Position numbers and translations under genes: made by a program. The notes beneath the pieces were generated by a model. The model searched no databases. It was not told the origin of the DNA and was given only the letters and a program-made list of their open reading frames with translations. From Rhizodiscina lignyota (Eukaryota): a stretch of DNA of 64,000 nucleotides. Positions 32,114 to 46,644 of the stretch are shown here, piece after piece. The stretch lies in NCBI GenBank assembly GCA_010015805.1, contig ML978123.1, positions 2,418,001 through 2,482,000 of the forward strand, written 5' to 3'. Position 1 is the stretch's first letter. Every line of letters begins with the position of its first letter.

Positions 32114-33899
32114 ATGTCGTCTTTCAGGAGCAGCTGTCAGGCCTCTCGCTCCCTTCTCTATGCGAGCAGCAAGAGACCAATTGCGAGGAGATGTCAACTC
32201 CAGCGATTGCCCGCACGATGGCGGGGTATGGCAATGTCGATGGACAGCCAGCACAAGGTAACTTGAATTGAGTTGAGACGGAGGTGCTACATGCTAATTA
32301 TGCCATGGCAGATTCTCTCTGCCCACCTTGAAGATGCTGATCCTGCCGTCTACGAAATCGTCCAGAAGGTACGCCAGAAACGACTCCTTCACAGACCCGT
32401 TCTAACCACGCGACACTGCATCACAGGAGAGAAGAAGACAGCAGCATTTCATAAACCTCATACCTTCCGAAAATTTCACATCACAAGCCGTCTTGGACGC
32501 ACTGGGCAGCGTTATGCAAAGTTTGTTGCCACTGTCTACGCTGCGAGGGACAATAATTGACGCGGTTCAGATAAATACTCTGAAGGATATCCGGGGGCCA
32601 GATACTATGGCGGCAATCAGTTTATCGACCAGGCCGAGCGACTATGCCAACAGAGAGCGCTACAGACTTTTGGTCTCCCAGAAGACGAATGGGGTGTCAA
32701 TGTCCAACGTACGACCTCCATTCGGTCGGTATCGAACCTAAGCTGACCATCCTACCTTAGCACTCTCCGGCTCCCCAGCAAATCTAATGGCCTATTCAGC
32801 GCTCCTCGAAACGCACGATCGAATCATGGGTCTCGACCTGCCCCATGGTGGTCATCTTTCCCACGGCTACCAGACTCCTACGAAGAAGATATCTGCCATA
32901 TCAAAGTACTTCGAGACACTTCCATATCGACTAGATGAGAAGACTGGGTTAATCGACTATGACAAGTTGGAAGAGATGGCGTCATTGTATAGGCCTAAGC
33001 TCATCATCGCAGGTACATCAGCGTATAGCAGACTGATCGACTATCCTCGGATGCGGCAAATATGTGACAGCGTCGGCGCGTACTTTCTCTCAGATATGGC
33101 CCATATCTCCGGTCTCGTCGCCGCAGGCGTTATTCCGTCTCCCTTTGCGTACTCAGATGTTGTGACCACTACGACGCACAAATCCCTCCGTGGTCCTAGA
33201 GGTGCTATGATATTCTTCCGAAAAGGTGTTCGCCGTGTCGATAAGAAAGGGGTCGAAGAAAAATGGGATCTTGAGTCCAAGATCAATGCATCCGTCTTTC
33301 CTGGGCATCAAGGTGGTCCACACAACCACACCATCACTGCACTGGCGGTCGCATTGCACCAGGCGCAGACGCCAGAATTCAAGGAGTACCAAAAGACAGT
33401 TCTGGAGAACGCAAAAGCCCTTGCTGAACGACTTGGATCATCTAGAGAGCGCGGCGGCTATGGTTACAATATTGTAGGTGGAGGCACAGATAACCATCTT
33501 GTGCTTGTCGATTTGAAGGACAAAGGCGTCGACGGTGCAAGAGTAGAGCGGGTCCTTGAACTCGTAGGGGTGGCGAGTAACAAAAACACTGTTCCTGGTG
33601 ATAAGTCTGCCATGAAGCCCGGTGGATTGCGTATGGGCAGTCCCGCAATGACTACGAGAGGCTTTGGCCCTGACGACTTCAGACGGGTGGCAGACATCGT
33701 TCACAGAGCGTGCACGATCACACAGAGGGTTGATCCGGAGATGAAGGCAAAGGCTGAAAGCTCAGGTAGGAAGAATCCCGGCAGCGTTAAGGCGTTCCAG
33801 GAGATGCTTGGAGAGGGTGAAGATGTGCTGGATATCGTTCAGCTAAGAAAGGAGGTTGAGGATTGGGTTGGCACGTTTAGCCTGCCATGGGAGAAATGA
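32114..33899 (+). CDS. SHM1: Serine hydroxymethyltransferase, mitochondrial type (5 exons)
   Basis: Arg/Ser-rich presequence, then [29 protein letters not shown] and the PLP-binding [13 protein letters not shown]. Confidence 0.95.
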
Positions 33900-34311
33900 G
33901 AGCAAGGAAGAGTCGCATGCGCTATAGCACGACTTTAATGGTGATGCAAATATGAATGAGGACCATTTGGTCATCAAGGTTTGGGACTTGCGTCTGTGTT
34001 TGGTGCATCTATGGTGTTTGGAGTCACGCGCGCCTGCTCTCCTCAGGTCTTGGCGATCTCTGAATCGGCGCGAAGGCACAATATCAAGTCTTCTCTTATT
34101 GTATCTATCCGAATGCTGGTCCCTAAGACACCTCTCCTCCGGATTTCTTTAAGCGACTTCTGTGTTGTTCAAATTTTCTACGTTAGGTTGCAGCCCAGTG
34201 TTGCCCTTCACAGATTGCCACTCGAGTCCTGGAGATTTATATTCGCTTCTGCCTCTCTTGTCAACTCAATAACCTCAATAACTTATTCACCACGACGTCA
34301 TCACGATCGAT

Positions 34312-35241
34312 ATGGCACCAATTCTCCAAGGACTCGTTTGCCTCTTCGCACTCACGTCCTCATGCCATGAACCTTCAAGTTCTGAAAAGAGGGCATTCGG
34401 GCTAGAACACTTTGTACGAGATCGGATCTCAGCAAACGAGCCGCAACTCCCAGACGTCGACGCGCAACTCCTTACGCGAATCAATCCGGCACTCATGACC
34501 ACGACGTCGAGTCTAGAGATCAGAGACAATAACGTCGTTGCTCAAGGTACTACTGAGCAGGCGAACCCTGGTGGCCTTCTAGCTTTTCAAGATAGCGGAA
34601 CACCAACAGCAGACAATGTTACTCCCACTCCTACGCAAACCAGCAATGGAAGTCCGACAGGCAAGTCGAATCACTACGGTCTCCCCACACATACCTTCAC
34701 TACGAACCTCATGAACCTCACGAACCTCACGAAACAAGCTTGGTTCCCAGTGGTGCACTTCGCTGTATGGGTATACGTGATTGGTAGTGCATTCCTATTG
34801 GCTTGGTTATGGTGCATTGGTGCCATTGACGCGAGGCTGAATGTAAGCTGCCACAATTCCTACTCTCTGAAATCGTTATACTGAACAGAAATGCAGCCAC
34901 GACCTCGTAACACCGCCGTTCCCCAACGTTTCTCTCGTCGAAACTCTCGCTTTAGTATTCCACACTTTCGTTTCGTACGCCAAGTCGAGCGACAACGGAG
35001 CGACAGCACGACGACGCAATGGCCACGACCTATCATTGGAGAACAGGAGGAATATGATGTGAGGGATGCAGATGGAGCTGGCACGGGGGAAAGTATCCGC
35101 ATGGAAGTACTGAACTTGAATCGAATGGATGAAAGTCTTCGGCGGTTGCATAGCGAGAGGCGTCAATCACGGGATTCCAGTGCCACAGCATCCGTGTCGC
35201 GCTACATTGAGAGGGAGAGAGCCTTCATGGGATTGGTATAA
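34312..35241 (+). CDS. Hypothetical signal-peptide/single-TM protein (intron ~34844-34888)
   Basis: Hydrophobic N-terminus, T/P-rich ectodomain, TM-like VVHFAVWVYVIGSAFLLAWLWCIG and a GTAAGC…CTGAACAG intron. Confidence 0.55.
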
Positions 35242-36434
35242 TTGGGAATGGTATAGCGATTGAGATACTGTAACTTCCCGTGCCATTGGACGGTGACAAG
35301 TAGAGCACAACGAAATAATAAGATATACCCTCTGCGGTTAACATACGTTCTGCAAATTGAAGCTGTGCATTCTCCATGTGCACTACCGAGTCGTATTAAA
35401 TCAAACCTTCTCAAATGCTCTCGCTCCTCTTGAAGAGGAGAGCATGTTGTTACAGCACCACTTCGGTTTGATTGGGTTCAGGGATTCCTCGTATATACGA
35501 ACAAAGAGCTACAAGACCGCTACGCAGTCTGAACATAAGGGAAGAGACCAAACTTGAGCGGGGTCGGTGCTTGAATTACCGTGCAAGCTGGATGGGAGAC
35601 AACATTTAATCTTACAATATGATCAATGTTTGCGTCTGAACGGATGACCGAAGAAATGTCTCCAGCGACATAACAGATACTTTTAGGTAACTTAACGCGT
35701 ACATTGCATAGAAGAAGCGCTTAGGCGATGCAATTGATAGTCGAGGAAGTGTATAGCCTGAACGGAAGAACAGCAAATTTCAAGACGGCCACGGACGAGG
35801 CATTATTGGAAATCAAACAGGTGCTGGAGCATTGCCTGCCATTCTTGGAGGAAAGGTGACATTGGGGTACGTAGTCTGTTATCGTAAGATACATGGATGT
35901 TTGCATGTTCTCGAACTTCTAGCGACCCTGATGATGATATCAATGGATGCATACAATATGTCGCAAGGTGAATTTCTCCGACATGTTATTTCCGCCTCTC
36001 AGGAGAAGCCCTCTCGGGCCTCTAAGGTGTGCTTTGCCGTACCGACATGACAAACTTTCGGAAGCGATCGTTCAAGCGAGTCATGGTTCATAGTCTTTAC
36101 CCGATACATGTTTCATATTACTCCTTTCGTGATGTGGGGCATAAAATAATGTTCCTGAATGAGGCGCAGAACCCGGAACGCGACATGCCAATTCCAGAAG
36201 TCCGGCGCTCGTTCTGTGCTGAAACTCAGCAGGGATCGTCAGGAACAAATATTCCAAGACGCACGTACCTATAACAGTGATATTATAGGAGCAAGGTCCA
36301 ACTTCTCGTGTTGCGATGCGCCAATCCTAGGTAGCAATCCGCCACATGACGATCCAGTCGGGGATCCATACTGTATGCATGGGCAGAGCCGCAGCCCTAG
36401 GGTTGGGAATCTTAACGGTGCACAAAAGGAGTAT

Positions 36435-37682
36435 CTATGTTCTCGGAGGAAGCCGTTTCTTGACCTCCTCAATCCACTCGGCGGCTTTTGATTTTGGAAT
36501 GACGTGTATTCTGAGCAGTCCATCCTCAATTTCGATCCTTTTGTCTTCCAAGATTTTGATGAGCGATAACTTCTTGCCCACCTTGACGAGACCGGCGCCA
36601 GCAAACACGTAGCAGTTCACATTGTCAGGCTTGTACTCTCCGGCCTCATCCCAAGGCAAAGGCTCTTCGAGAATATAGTTCAGGTGCTCCTGGAGAGTTT
36701 CATGCTCTTTCACAGACTTGATGAGGTCTGTCTGCAGATGAACGGAATACATAAGCATAACGGGTATGCTCAGCGTCGACTTCTTATCCAGCGGGTCCAT
36801 GAGCTGCATTTCTGCGTCCTCTAAATCCGGCTTATTGCTCGTAGTCTTAGTCTTGATTCCCCTCTCCTTTAGTGCAATTCTAAGCGTCCGCTCCTTCATC
36901 ACTTTGCGCTCTTCTCGCTCCTGTCGTTCTCTTTCGATTCTAGCTATATCCCCCTTTCTCTTAGCGATATCTTCCGAGAGACGGCTGAGCGCTTTGTTAG
37001 AAGGCTCGACCTCCAGTCCACGAGAACAAGCGTCCTCAGCTTCTGGGATTTTGTCTAGAGCGAGGCAAGCGGAGGCAGAGCGATACCAGGCTTTGACGTT
37101 GCGTTCATTCAGGCGAAGGGTGGCTGCGCAATCAAGGTTACACGAGCGGTAGTTTTCTATGTAATTACGGTTAGTCCTATGGAAAGAAAGATAATCGCGT
37201 GGAATGAGTGTACTTTTCTCCAAGTTGCACAAAGCTCGATTAGTATAGCAAGCTTCTGCTATTTCCTTCTCCTTGTTCAATTCAACTTCTTCATCTTTGA
37301 TCTCCTCCCATTCTTCCTCCTTTCGAGGTGATTTCAGGGCAGCCAGAGCCTTGTCATAGAATTCCCTGGCATCCAACCATCTTTTCAGCTTCGCCTGGTC
37401 GTTTCCCTGCTCGCGAAAGTTCTGCGCTACCTCAGCTCGAGTGCCTTCATACGCAAGGGCTTTCAGCGCTTCTAATTCAACATTTTCGCCTCCCTCGCCG
37501 TCTGTCTCGTCCAGCTCGGTCATAAAGAGGGGCATGCGATTCATCATCTGGACAACTTCGTCGACGGTGTGGCGTTTTGACTCAGCCATGGCGGGAGGGA
37601 GGGCCGGCACGGCGACGTTTGCAACGGTGTCGCCATCCTGTTCTGATTTCTCTGGCTCTGAGCCTGCAGGGTTGCCTGCCAT
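36435..37682 (-). CDS. CNS1: Hsp70/Hsp90 TPR co-chaperone Cns1/TTC4
   Basis: MNRMPLFMTELD…LEALKALAYEG…AQNFREQGN and TPR repeats. Probable small in-frame intron near 37159-37212. Confidence 0.9.
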   Translation of the reverse strand: MAGNPAGSEPEKSEQDGDTVANVAVPALPPAMAESKRHTVDEVVQMMNRMPLFMTELDETDGEGGENVELEALKALAYEGTRAEVAQNFREQGNDQAKLKRWLDAREFYDKALAALKSPRKEEEWEEIKDEEVELNKEKEIAEACYTNRALCNLEKSTLIPRDYLSFHRTNRNYIENYRSCNLDCAATLRLNERNVKAWYRSASACLALDKIPEAEDACSRGLEVEPSNKALSRLSEDIAKRKGDIARIERERQEREERKVMKERTLRIALKERGIKTKTTSNKPDLEDAEMQLMDPLDKKSTLSIPVMLMYSVHLQTDLIKSVKEHETLQEHLNYILEEPLPWDEAGEYKPDNVNCYVFAGAGLVKVGKKLSLIKILEDKRIEIEDGLLRIHVIPKSKAAEWIEEVKKRLPPRT

Positions 37683-40352
37683 ATCGTTGCCGCTATACAA
37701 AATGCTCGAAAGGACCTATCGTGAAGGTGCCAGCTAATTGCCGAATTCACCAGTCAACGGGGAAAAGTGTGTTTGCCGAATATTTGCTCTTATCGATAAG
37801 AGTGCCAAGAACCTCGAATGGTCTTTCCTTCAACGGCGAACGTCTAACCGACCACCATACAACCCCTGACCATGCCCTTGACATTGCCCCATGTTCAACG
37901 TTGTGTTCTTTTCAGAAGCTAATAAAAATACCTTGAACCCTGAAAAGCTTCTCTAACGACGACATCTGATGAAAGCTGAGGACGGGTCGTCTCCCTATTT
38001 CTGCCTACGCTGCCTTCGGTAGTCGCGATCTTCGCTTTGCGGCTTTAAGGGCTCGAGTGAGGCTGGAGTGCTCACCCAATCGGGTAGGTAGGACTCCTTT
38101 GGCGCACTTTTAGAGCCGTGAGGCTCTTGGACGCGACGAGTATACGGCTAGCGTGACAGGAGGCTGCTGTAAAGGTTGCTTACAGCTGTTCTGCGAATGG
38201 AACTGTAGCGCCTTGTCAGATCATCAGATGGAAGTTGGAATCCTGCACAAGATCCCGAACTATGTTACAGAAACAATTTCCAAGATCTGGCACCACTTGA
38301 GGTGCGCATGCTCGGCCCCAGGACAGTCGATCAGCACGGCTTGAGGCCTGCAAGCTCCACTGTTGCATCTCTCATCCACGTGTCAGCGACGCTTTGCGAG
38401 AAGAAGCAATTGCCCAGCCAGGGTTCTTGCAGAAAACCAGGCTGTCCTTTCATCATTATCCAGAGAAATTGTCATGACCCGTGACGGCATGTGATGAGAT
38501 GTGCATTCCCCAACACGAGGGGAACGCGGAGGATTGCTCGTGGACGCGGGCGCGGATGAGATGCACGCTGCATAACGGAAGCTTTGACGACAGCCACTGC
38601 TTGCACCACACGCGAAAATGGGCGTCAACTGGGCAAATGAGAAAATTTGAAAGATGATCAGGGTTCTCAATGGCTGGCTGGGGATAAAATCGTGGCCCCC
38701 GGCGACCTGCCTAATCCTCGCCGTCAGCAGGAGTCACGATTAATTCGTCCGGAAGCCAAATGTTTCAAAAGTCTGCGACCCGTTTCCAAAGGTGCCTCCA
38801 CTGTGCCTCTTGTTCCGCATTTCCTGTGTGCGTGGCCCATGTCATCCGTACGGGCCGTTGGTGTCAGTTTGATGGGCTACCGTTCCCTTCCAACATGCTG
38901 TGGCTGTCGCTTCTGCTGCTAATTGACTGAAGCGAGTCGAAGGTGGTGTATCTGCCTTTGCTGCTGCCCGACACGGTTGTCAGGCGACCTGTAACGTTAA
39001 AAAGCGGGTGTCCAACATGGGTGATGAGGGCTCCCTGTCGTGCTGTGCCAGGCACGCCTGTGGAGCAAGTGACGATCAGAGGGTGATGGCAGGCATTGAC
39101 TCGGAGAAATCTTCCATTTGGTGATGAAATCAATGGCCACTATGCTGAGTGCGGCGTGGTGCCAGGCTGGCGCTGGGCATGGCTTCGAGGACCGCGCTCC
39201 CGCGATGGGGATCTTCTGCTCCAAGCGTGCGGATGTGTGCAGGTCGCTGTTGCACGAGCCCATGCAATTTTCCCTGTCGCCGTTCGAGGACGAGTCGCTC
39301 GCTCATTTCTTTTCCAATCTGCTGCCGGCGGCCAGCCCTTCCCATTCGTCTGCAAGCGGTCCGCGGGCCCTTGACCATGCTTCTTGCGGACTCGGGCCGT
39401 GCTTGGGGTAGCTCCTGCGAGGCCAAACCACCCTATGGGCGTTTTGTGCCGCCAGGAACAGGCAGAGAGGGTACGGAGTAGGAAAGGGTAGAGATGCAGC
39501 GCATGGACGACCTCGCATCATCTGGAAGGGAGAGCAGTGGGCAATCAGCGCCAGCTGCGAGCAGCACTGTGCGGCGCGACCGTTTCCCGAAACCCTCTCC
39601 TCGTCTTGCTGCGTCCCCGTCTTTGCATCTCTTCAAACTTCCGCGCGTGTTGGCGCGTATGGTCGCTCTTTTCCATGTTGCTGTCGTGTCTGGTTTCAAC
39701 CTGAATTGCAATTGACGCCTGTCTTGGTTTTTGCCGTCTAATCGAAAGCTTGGAATCTCATCCCGCTCTCCGAACGCTGTACAGATCGGTACGTTCTCCT
39801 GGATCGTTGCCGCAGTCTCGACATTGCCCACGACGTCGTCCACGCAGAGATCCTACAATTCATACTGACATATCTAATAGCTTGTCCCATACTGTCACTT
39901 CTGTGAATTGGCCGTCGCGTGCATACATTCTCGTTGCGCGTGAGAATTGAATTATAATCAATACGTCCGCTGGGTCCGGAATCAACAGTCTCTTGACTCG
40001 AAAGCCGGGCATAAACTCTGTCAACACTTCCAACTTGCACGTAGAAGTCGACCGATACAGCCCAGGAAAGCGAATTGGATCCCCGCCGCGTCTAAAGGAA
40101 ATACGCGTCCAATTGCACAGTCAGTGCTTCACGTACGTCAAACGTTCAATTCCATAAGCGATTACCCAGTCGCTCGGCTGCCCATCACTGGATATTGCAA
40201 ATTTCTTCGCTCTGAAGGCTAACTCGGAAGCAGCTACTATGCCCCGGAATACATAGCGGAGATCGAGTCTGTGACTCTCACTTTCCAGCGTGCAGGGCAA
40301 GCAAATTCGAGCCTCAATCTGAGCTGCCAATGCTACGATAGGAGCTTAGACA

Positions 40353-43300
40353 ATGGCTCCGAGCGACTACTTTGCAGATTACGAGGGCAGTGGCTATGTC
40401 CAGCCACTGCCTAGTCCTGGAGAAACACCATATCAGACTCCACCAACTTCAATGTCCAGACGTTCTTCAGGAAGAGGCACCTCTTCGCCCCCATTGTCAT
40501 CTTCTCCTCCCCCTCCACTGCCCGAAGATACAAAGCGCAATTCGAGGGACTCAGCAACTGATGAGAACATCTCGATATTGGACCCAAGAAGATTTACACC
40601 AACACTGCACGCATCTTTAGTATCGGAGATCCTTTCGTTACGTCGAGACCTGGAGGGAAAACACAAGTACATTGAGGACCTTGAATCAACCCTCCACAGC
40701 TCCAAGTCAGAAAATGAGACCCTGTCGAGAAAGCTGTCGCAGAGCAATAAAGAGGGCCGAAGTGTAAAACGTCAATTTCAGCAACTTGAGAATGGGACTT
40801 TGGCAGCATTGGAAGAGCTGGCTAGGGACCGGGACGAATGGAAAGGAACTTCTGATGACTTGAAGGAAAAGGTCGAAAAGTTGGAAAGGAAGATTAAGAG
40901 CCAAGAAGATGAAGCCGAGAGAACTCAAAGGCTTTGGGATCGTGATCGGGAGACTTGGGACAATCAGAAACGAACTCTCGAGCGAAAGGTACATGTCAGC
41001 GAGTCGCGACTAAAGAATGTTCTTGCAGAGCTTGCTGCGGAGCATGCGGCTGAGCAAGAGCATCACAATGGTCAAGACAGCGAAGATGAAGATACACGCG
41101 ACAGTGGCCTTGGAAATGACAGCGACACGAACAGTGTCCAATCCAGCGGCCACGCTCCAAAGCGGACGCCAAGCAGAAGATCTACCAGACGCGGACACGC
41201 TCGGAATATGAGCAGCGCCAGTCAGCGCAGTTTGAATCGCCCTTATCGCTTCTCGACTCAATCAGATGCTGGAAAATTGGGTGGCCTCAGTCTTGCGGAG
41301 GAGCTCGACTTTGACGGAGAAGACGAGGAAGTATTGGATGAGATCGATGAGGATGAGGAGGAAGATTTCCCAGAGCATGAAGTACATGCAAGAAGAGCGC
41401 TCAGCTCCCGAAGCTCTTTCGAGGCAGACTTCAAAGCTAAGCGTGTCCTTGGTCTTGCGCAGGACGGCAAGCAATTGCCAACAGTAAGCGAAACTGGCTC
41501 TCTGCATACCACAGCCCTCCAGTCGCCGGACAGCGAATCGTTCACTGGAAGACCATCCGATTTGAGCAGGACCGATTCCATCAAAGTTATGCATAGGAGA
41601 AACCGCTCTTCTGAGGTCCCGGTGGAATATGTTGATTCTGGCGTCCAATACTCCCCACCTCCATCGCCTCAGCTGGCATCAGTACGAGCCGAGTCGGCTG
41701 GAACTTTCTACGATGACATGACAGATATAACAGACAGTGCGGTCAACAGCCGAGTACAATCGTTAGCATCGCCAACACCAACGTCGCCCACACCAACCCC
41801 ATATGACGCCGAGGCAATGACTATAACTCAAGAGAGACCAGCGGTTATTATGGTCTCGGCTGCCGCACAAACAACGGATGAACCTCTGAGTCCCCCAGAA
41901 ACACCGAAGGTGTCACAACAGCCCACATTTGACCCTATGGAAGACACTCCAGGCCCCAGTAGGACATCAGCTGATCGAGAAGCTGAAGAAGAACCAAAGC
42001 CAGAGCCGGAACCTGAGGCGGAAATGTTCACTGTGGGGACTCAAACAGATCCACTTCAGGAACTTTCACCATTGGGCAAACCTTCTTCGTCACTGAAACG
42101 GGAGAACAAACCTGCACCCGTAACTATTCCTTCGATCGCAATTCACCCTGCATCTGCGCCACCTTCGCCGCCTTCACCGAGAGAGACGATGCTTCCGCCT
42201 GGAACGAAGAACGTGAGCACGCAGACAAAGACAGAGGAACTCGTTTCCACACGATCAATTTCCATACAAACAGATGAGATCAGAATTGATCGACGCTTAA
42301 TGAAGCTACCGCCTCATTTACTTCCATCCGCAATCAAATCAACTCCTGCCTCACCAGAAGTTTCTCTACCAGGGCGATATGGCACTCCAGAACAAGGCGA
42401 CGACGAACTGGACGGAGTGTCCATTCCGACAGCTACCCCTAAACAATTGTCCGAGAAAGCTCTCGGAAAATCGCCACTGTTGCGCTCCGATATCCCGTCT
42501 TCGCCGCCACAGCCGATGGTCATGTCGGACACTGATACGGAAGATAGGTACCCCGGTAACAACGATAATGGACCTCTTCAGCCTGGAAATAGAGAACAAG
42601 GGATTAGGAGGCCATTCAGAAAAGCGAGTCTTTTTGCGGGTTTCGAAGACGACAACAACGATGAGAAGCAAGGCGATGCCGACGATGAAGACATTCCGGA
42701 CATCCAATCTGCGCCTGTTCCATATTCAACGTCTTCCTTCCCAAAGAGGAGCCTGAGGGACTTGAGAGACGGACGTTCGTATCCAAAGCCTCCCACACCA
42801 GTACCAGAAGATAAGGAGGTCACTTCCCGCGGAAGCAGTGAAAGCACGAGGCAGAGAAACCAGTCCGGCAGAGTCTCTGCACGCAACTCACTCGAAAACG
42901 CACGAGTGTCGAAGAGGCAGCCGAGTATCAGACGCTCGACACTTATCAAGGGTGGTGCCGCGGCCCACATGCAGCGATCGCGTAGCCCGAGCTTGCAAAG
43001 CGGCTCAAGCCAAAGAAGCAGTCTGCAAGGCCCTCCCATTCCGCCACCACCGTTTCCAATCCCGAACCGCGCCAGTTCACGGAGGCTGTTCCCCATTAGC
43101 AAGAGCGATGGTGCCCAAAGCCCGACACCTCGCGCCAACGGCATCTATTCCGGCCGCAGGAAAGAGAAGGGGAAACATATTGCTCGCAATGAGAGCCTGC
43201 GAAAGGTCAAATCAGCGGCTGTCATACCACGACGTAGTGGTGAGCGCTCTAGGAGCCGTTCGCCGCCAGCACCGCACCGAGATTCTGGTCCGCCACCGAT

Positions 43301-44622
43301 GCCGCAAGACATCATTACTCGGTCACAGTTTGTATATGCGCCTCAAAGGCTCAGCAGCCATAGCCAGACACAGCCTTCTCAGTCAGCGGAGACTGAAGGT
43401 GGGCAACCGACGGTCGTGGATGCAATTGCGGCTACGATGGTGGGCGAGTGGATGTGGAAGTACGTACGGAGAAGAAAGTCATTCAATGCTCATGAGGCAC
43501 CGGAAGATTTGAGCCGTACCGCACAGGATGGTTCTATCAATGTCACGGGCAACGGCGTACGACATAAGAGATGGGTCTGGATCTCGCCCTATGAGCGAAG
43601 CGTCATGTGGAGCAGCAAGCAACCTGCGTCAGGTACCGCATTGTTGGGCAAGAGCGGCAGGAAACGTAAGTTAACATTATGGGTGATTATGACTCTCAAA
43701 GACATGCTGACGATTTTTAGTGCTCATCCAATCTGTTCTGGACGTCAAAGACGACACACCGCTTCCGCGCGGATCGGGAATACAGCCATTCAACCGTTCT
43801 ATTCTCATATTGACTCCCGCACGTGCCTTGAAGTTTACAGCAATATCTCAGGAGCGTCACTATCTCTGGCTAACAGCGCTCTCCTTCTTAGCGCATGCCA
43901 GCGTCGGTGCCCCCGAACTCGCCGCCATTCCACCTGTACCTCAAGGGGAGCCTGAACCCTCCTCTTCATCTGCTTTCTCCCGCCGCACGCCTATCCGCGA
44001 TTCTGTTCGGCTCACCAAGGACAAGCAGCGCCCGTCTGCCCTATCCAGTCTCACCTCTCGCGACTCTAATAGCCGTAAAGGGGCTATGCTCAGTCCAACC
44101 ATCCATACTGAAGGGCCACTCCCCAACGCTGCCGACGCACCGAGTATCCCTCGCTACACCAACCACGCCCGCAAGCGCAGTATGACTGGCCCCCGCATCC
44201 CGCCTGCCCCAGCAACGCTTCGCAATTTCTCCTCCCCTAATGTCCCGCCCTGTGCAAACTACAGCATAGGCAACGGTCCCGGCTCCGTTGGTGACACATT
44301 CAGTTTTGGCGGACTTAGCCAGCCCGCGAGTCTCTATCAGGGCTCAGGACGTACATCTGAGGCGACCAATGCAAGCGCGCGGACACAGTACGTCGACCAT
44401 GTTGGCACTGTCAGGATGGAAGCATTTGTTGCCTCACGACGGAGCAACGACACAAGTACCACTGGCAGTGTCATGGCACCCAGCAGGATGAGAGCAGGGT
44501 TTGGGATTGGTACGCGTGCGAGGGGAAATACTCAGTGGAGCAGCAGCACCGGAGATCCGAGGAGGAGCGGGATGATTGTTATGGATGAATTTGATGCATT
44601 TGACCCGTTCAAGGGGTTCTAA
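40353..44622 (+). CDS. Coiled-coil protein with C-terminal Num1/Mcp5/ApsA-type PH domain (intron 43666-43720)
   Basis: N-terminal coiled coil, QT-containing repeats and TMVGEWMWKYVRR…RHKRWVWISPYERSVMWS…ILTPARALKFTA…HYLWLTAL. Confidence 0.85.
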
Positions 44623-45919
44623 AATCCTTGATGGCGAAAAGTGGTACCGGACCTTTCGAACCGGAAGAGCTTGGATATTTTACAGCGACGACTTGCACCC
44701 GTTTACACCCACGACCCGTGTCAATGCTGATGCCTACGAGAAAGTGCTCCTTTCACAGCGTTGATTTTTTACTCTGTCAGTATGTATGTCCGATCCTTTT
44801 GGGGGATTCCTTTTGTTGCTACTCTGTTCATTGTACGCATTTTGATTTGTCACACTGCACTTCAGCTGGGCATCCTGTCGAAAAGCAACGCGCTGATATT
44901 GGAGCGGGCGTCTTCACGACCGCAAGGGCTCAAGTGCTTAAGGGGGACGGACTGTTGAAAGGGGGTTTTCTCATCTGGGTTTTCGGCGCGTCTCTCAGGA
45001 TCGTTGGAAACTCGGTTCGATTCATTAAGGTTGGATACCACTTTGTACGATGCGCATTAGATACCTTTTGCTTCCTCAGGGATTACTGTACTTAAGTTTC
45101 GTATCTCAGATGGTCGACGGGAGCTTGTAAAGCGTAATGTAACATCTCATCATTGAGATTAGCTCTGAATCTTTATGTCCTCTCCGCGATGCAATCCGTG
45201 ACCCATTGAGTGCCAACAATTTCAGGGACGTGGCTTACTCTACACCAAAAGATATATTGATGAAAGCCGGAGCATGGCTATTCAAATATATCTCTACAGG
45301 TAGCGTAGCTTCTTATAATCCCTCAGAACACATCAAACAAGAGGTATATCAAATAGGAGATCTTGAAGGCATAGGCAAGCGATGGGCAACTGGATTTTGC
45401 TAACATTCTTCCTTGGAGATGGACCCGCGAGACTGGTATTTCAAACCTCACTCTTTAAAGCCTCAAACAGGGTCACATGATCAGGGCTGTGAGGAAATGC
45501 CCAAGAACACACCTGAGATCGAGAGCCTGCTTAACACGAGAGCTCTGTGGGAGGTGAAAGTCGAATGCTGGTTGTACACGCCCAGATCCCAGATCCCGGT
45601 CACTGTTCAAAGTGATGCTCGTAGTAACGTGTTACAGAGACAGCTGAACAGTTTGCATCAACTACATCTACTCCGCCAGAACCGTTTGAGGCACTGCTAG
45701 ACGATCTGCACGGCATGGAGCGTGGAGAGGATGAAGCAACCTACCAAACACAAGAGACTATAAATAATGTGATTTATGAGATTTGCAAGATCCATGAGAA
45801 TGTAACAAACAAGCTGACGATGGAGGCGCACGGATACAAGCATGAGATGAAAGGCATCATCGATCATGTTTGCTACAGCCACTATGTCAACTTCTCGGAA
45901 GAGCTATTCTGCTCGAACG

Positions 45920-46016
45920 AATTGATGCTCCATATGTGGTGCCAACTTCAGAGAGGACGGGGTTGTTCTGACCTAATTGATGCTCCATATGTGGTGCCAA
46001 CATCAGAGAGGAAGGG
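45920..46016. repeat. ~41-bp direct repeat, 55-bp period
   Basis: AATTGATGCTCCATATGTGGTGCCAAC(T/A)TCAGAGAGGA at 45920 and 45975. Confidence 0.85.
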
Positions 46017-46644
46017 TCTGTCTGATGACGTTGATGCTGGAACCACCGAGTGATGGTGGCGGAAGAGTTACCTTCCATGCTGTACACAGGCCTCCAGACA
46101 CAAAGCGGTCTCGAGGGAAGAGCCTGCGCCGACTGCTACAGCAGTGCTCGCGATTTCCGAAAAACCGACGCTGTGTATGCAGTTTGCCGATATTTCAAGA
46201 TTCATGATCTCGTAAAGAGGTTGATGCCCAAACGACAAATGGATAACTATAAAGTTTCCCGCCAGATCTCACGACGACACATTACCACGTTCGGGCTAGC
46301 GCCGCGCAAATCAGCCACTGACACCACCGCCGAATCTAATCAACCTCGGCACCTAGCGGCTCTAACGAACCCACACCACCATTTGCTCTATCATCCGGGG
46401 TTCGAAGAACCTCGCTTCTTCTCCCGCCTCCAAAACCACCTATTCCCTTCATCCCATTCCCAGCATTTGTGTCCTTCGCAATCAGCGTCCAATTCCACCA
46501 TCCCCGACCGCGAGACTGCCCACCATCCTAAGCATTCAGGCCCTCATCCGAACCCACCTCGGCCGTCACACTACCGCATAGACACCGCCTCGGAACGAGC
46601 GCCCATCTCATCCCCATCCCCATCACAGATCCCAATCACGCAAA

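Noticed and set aside
37750..40350. Short ORFs and box C/D-like motifs in the CNS1-PH protein divergent intergenic region
   Set aside because: The ORFs are short, overlapping and motif-free. The RTGATGA…CTGA pair seen (~39121-39149) is too closely spaced for a snoRNA.
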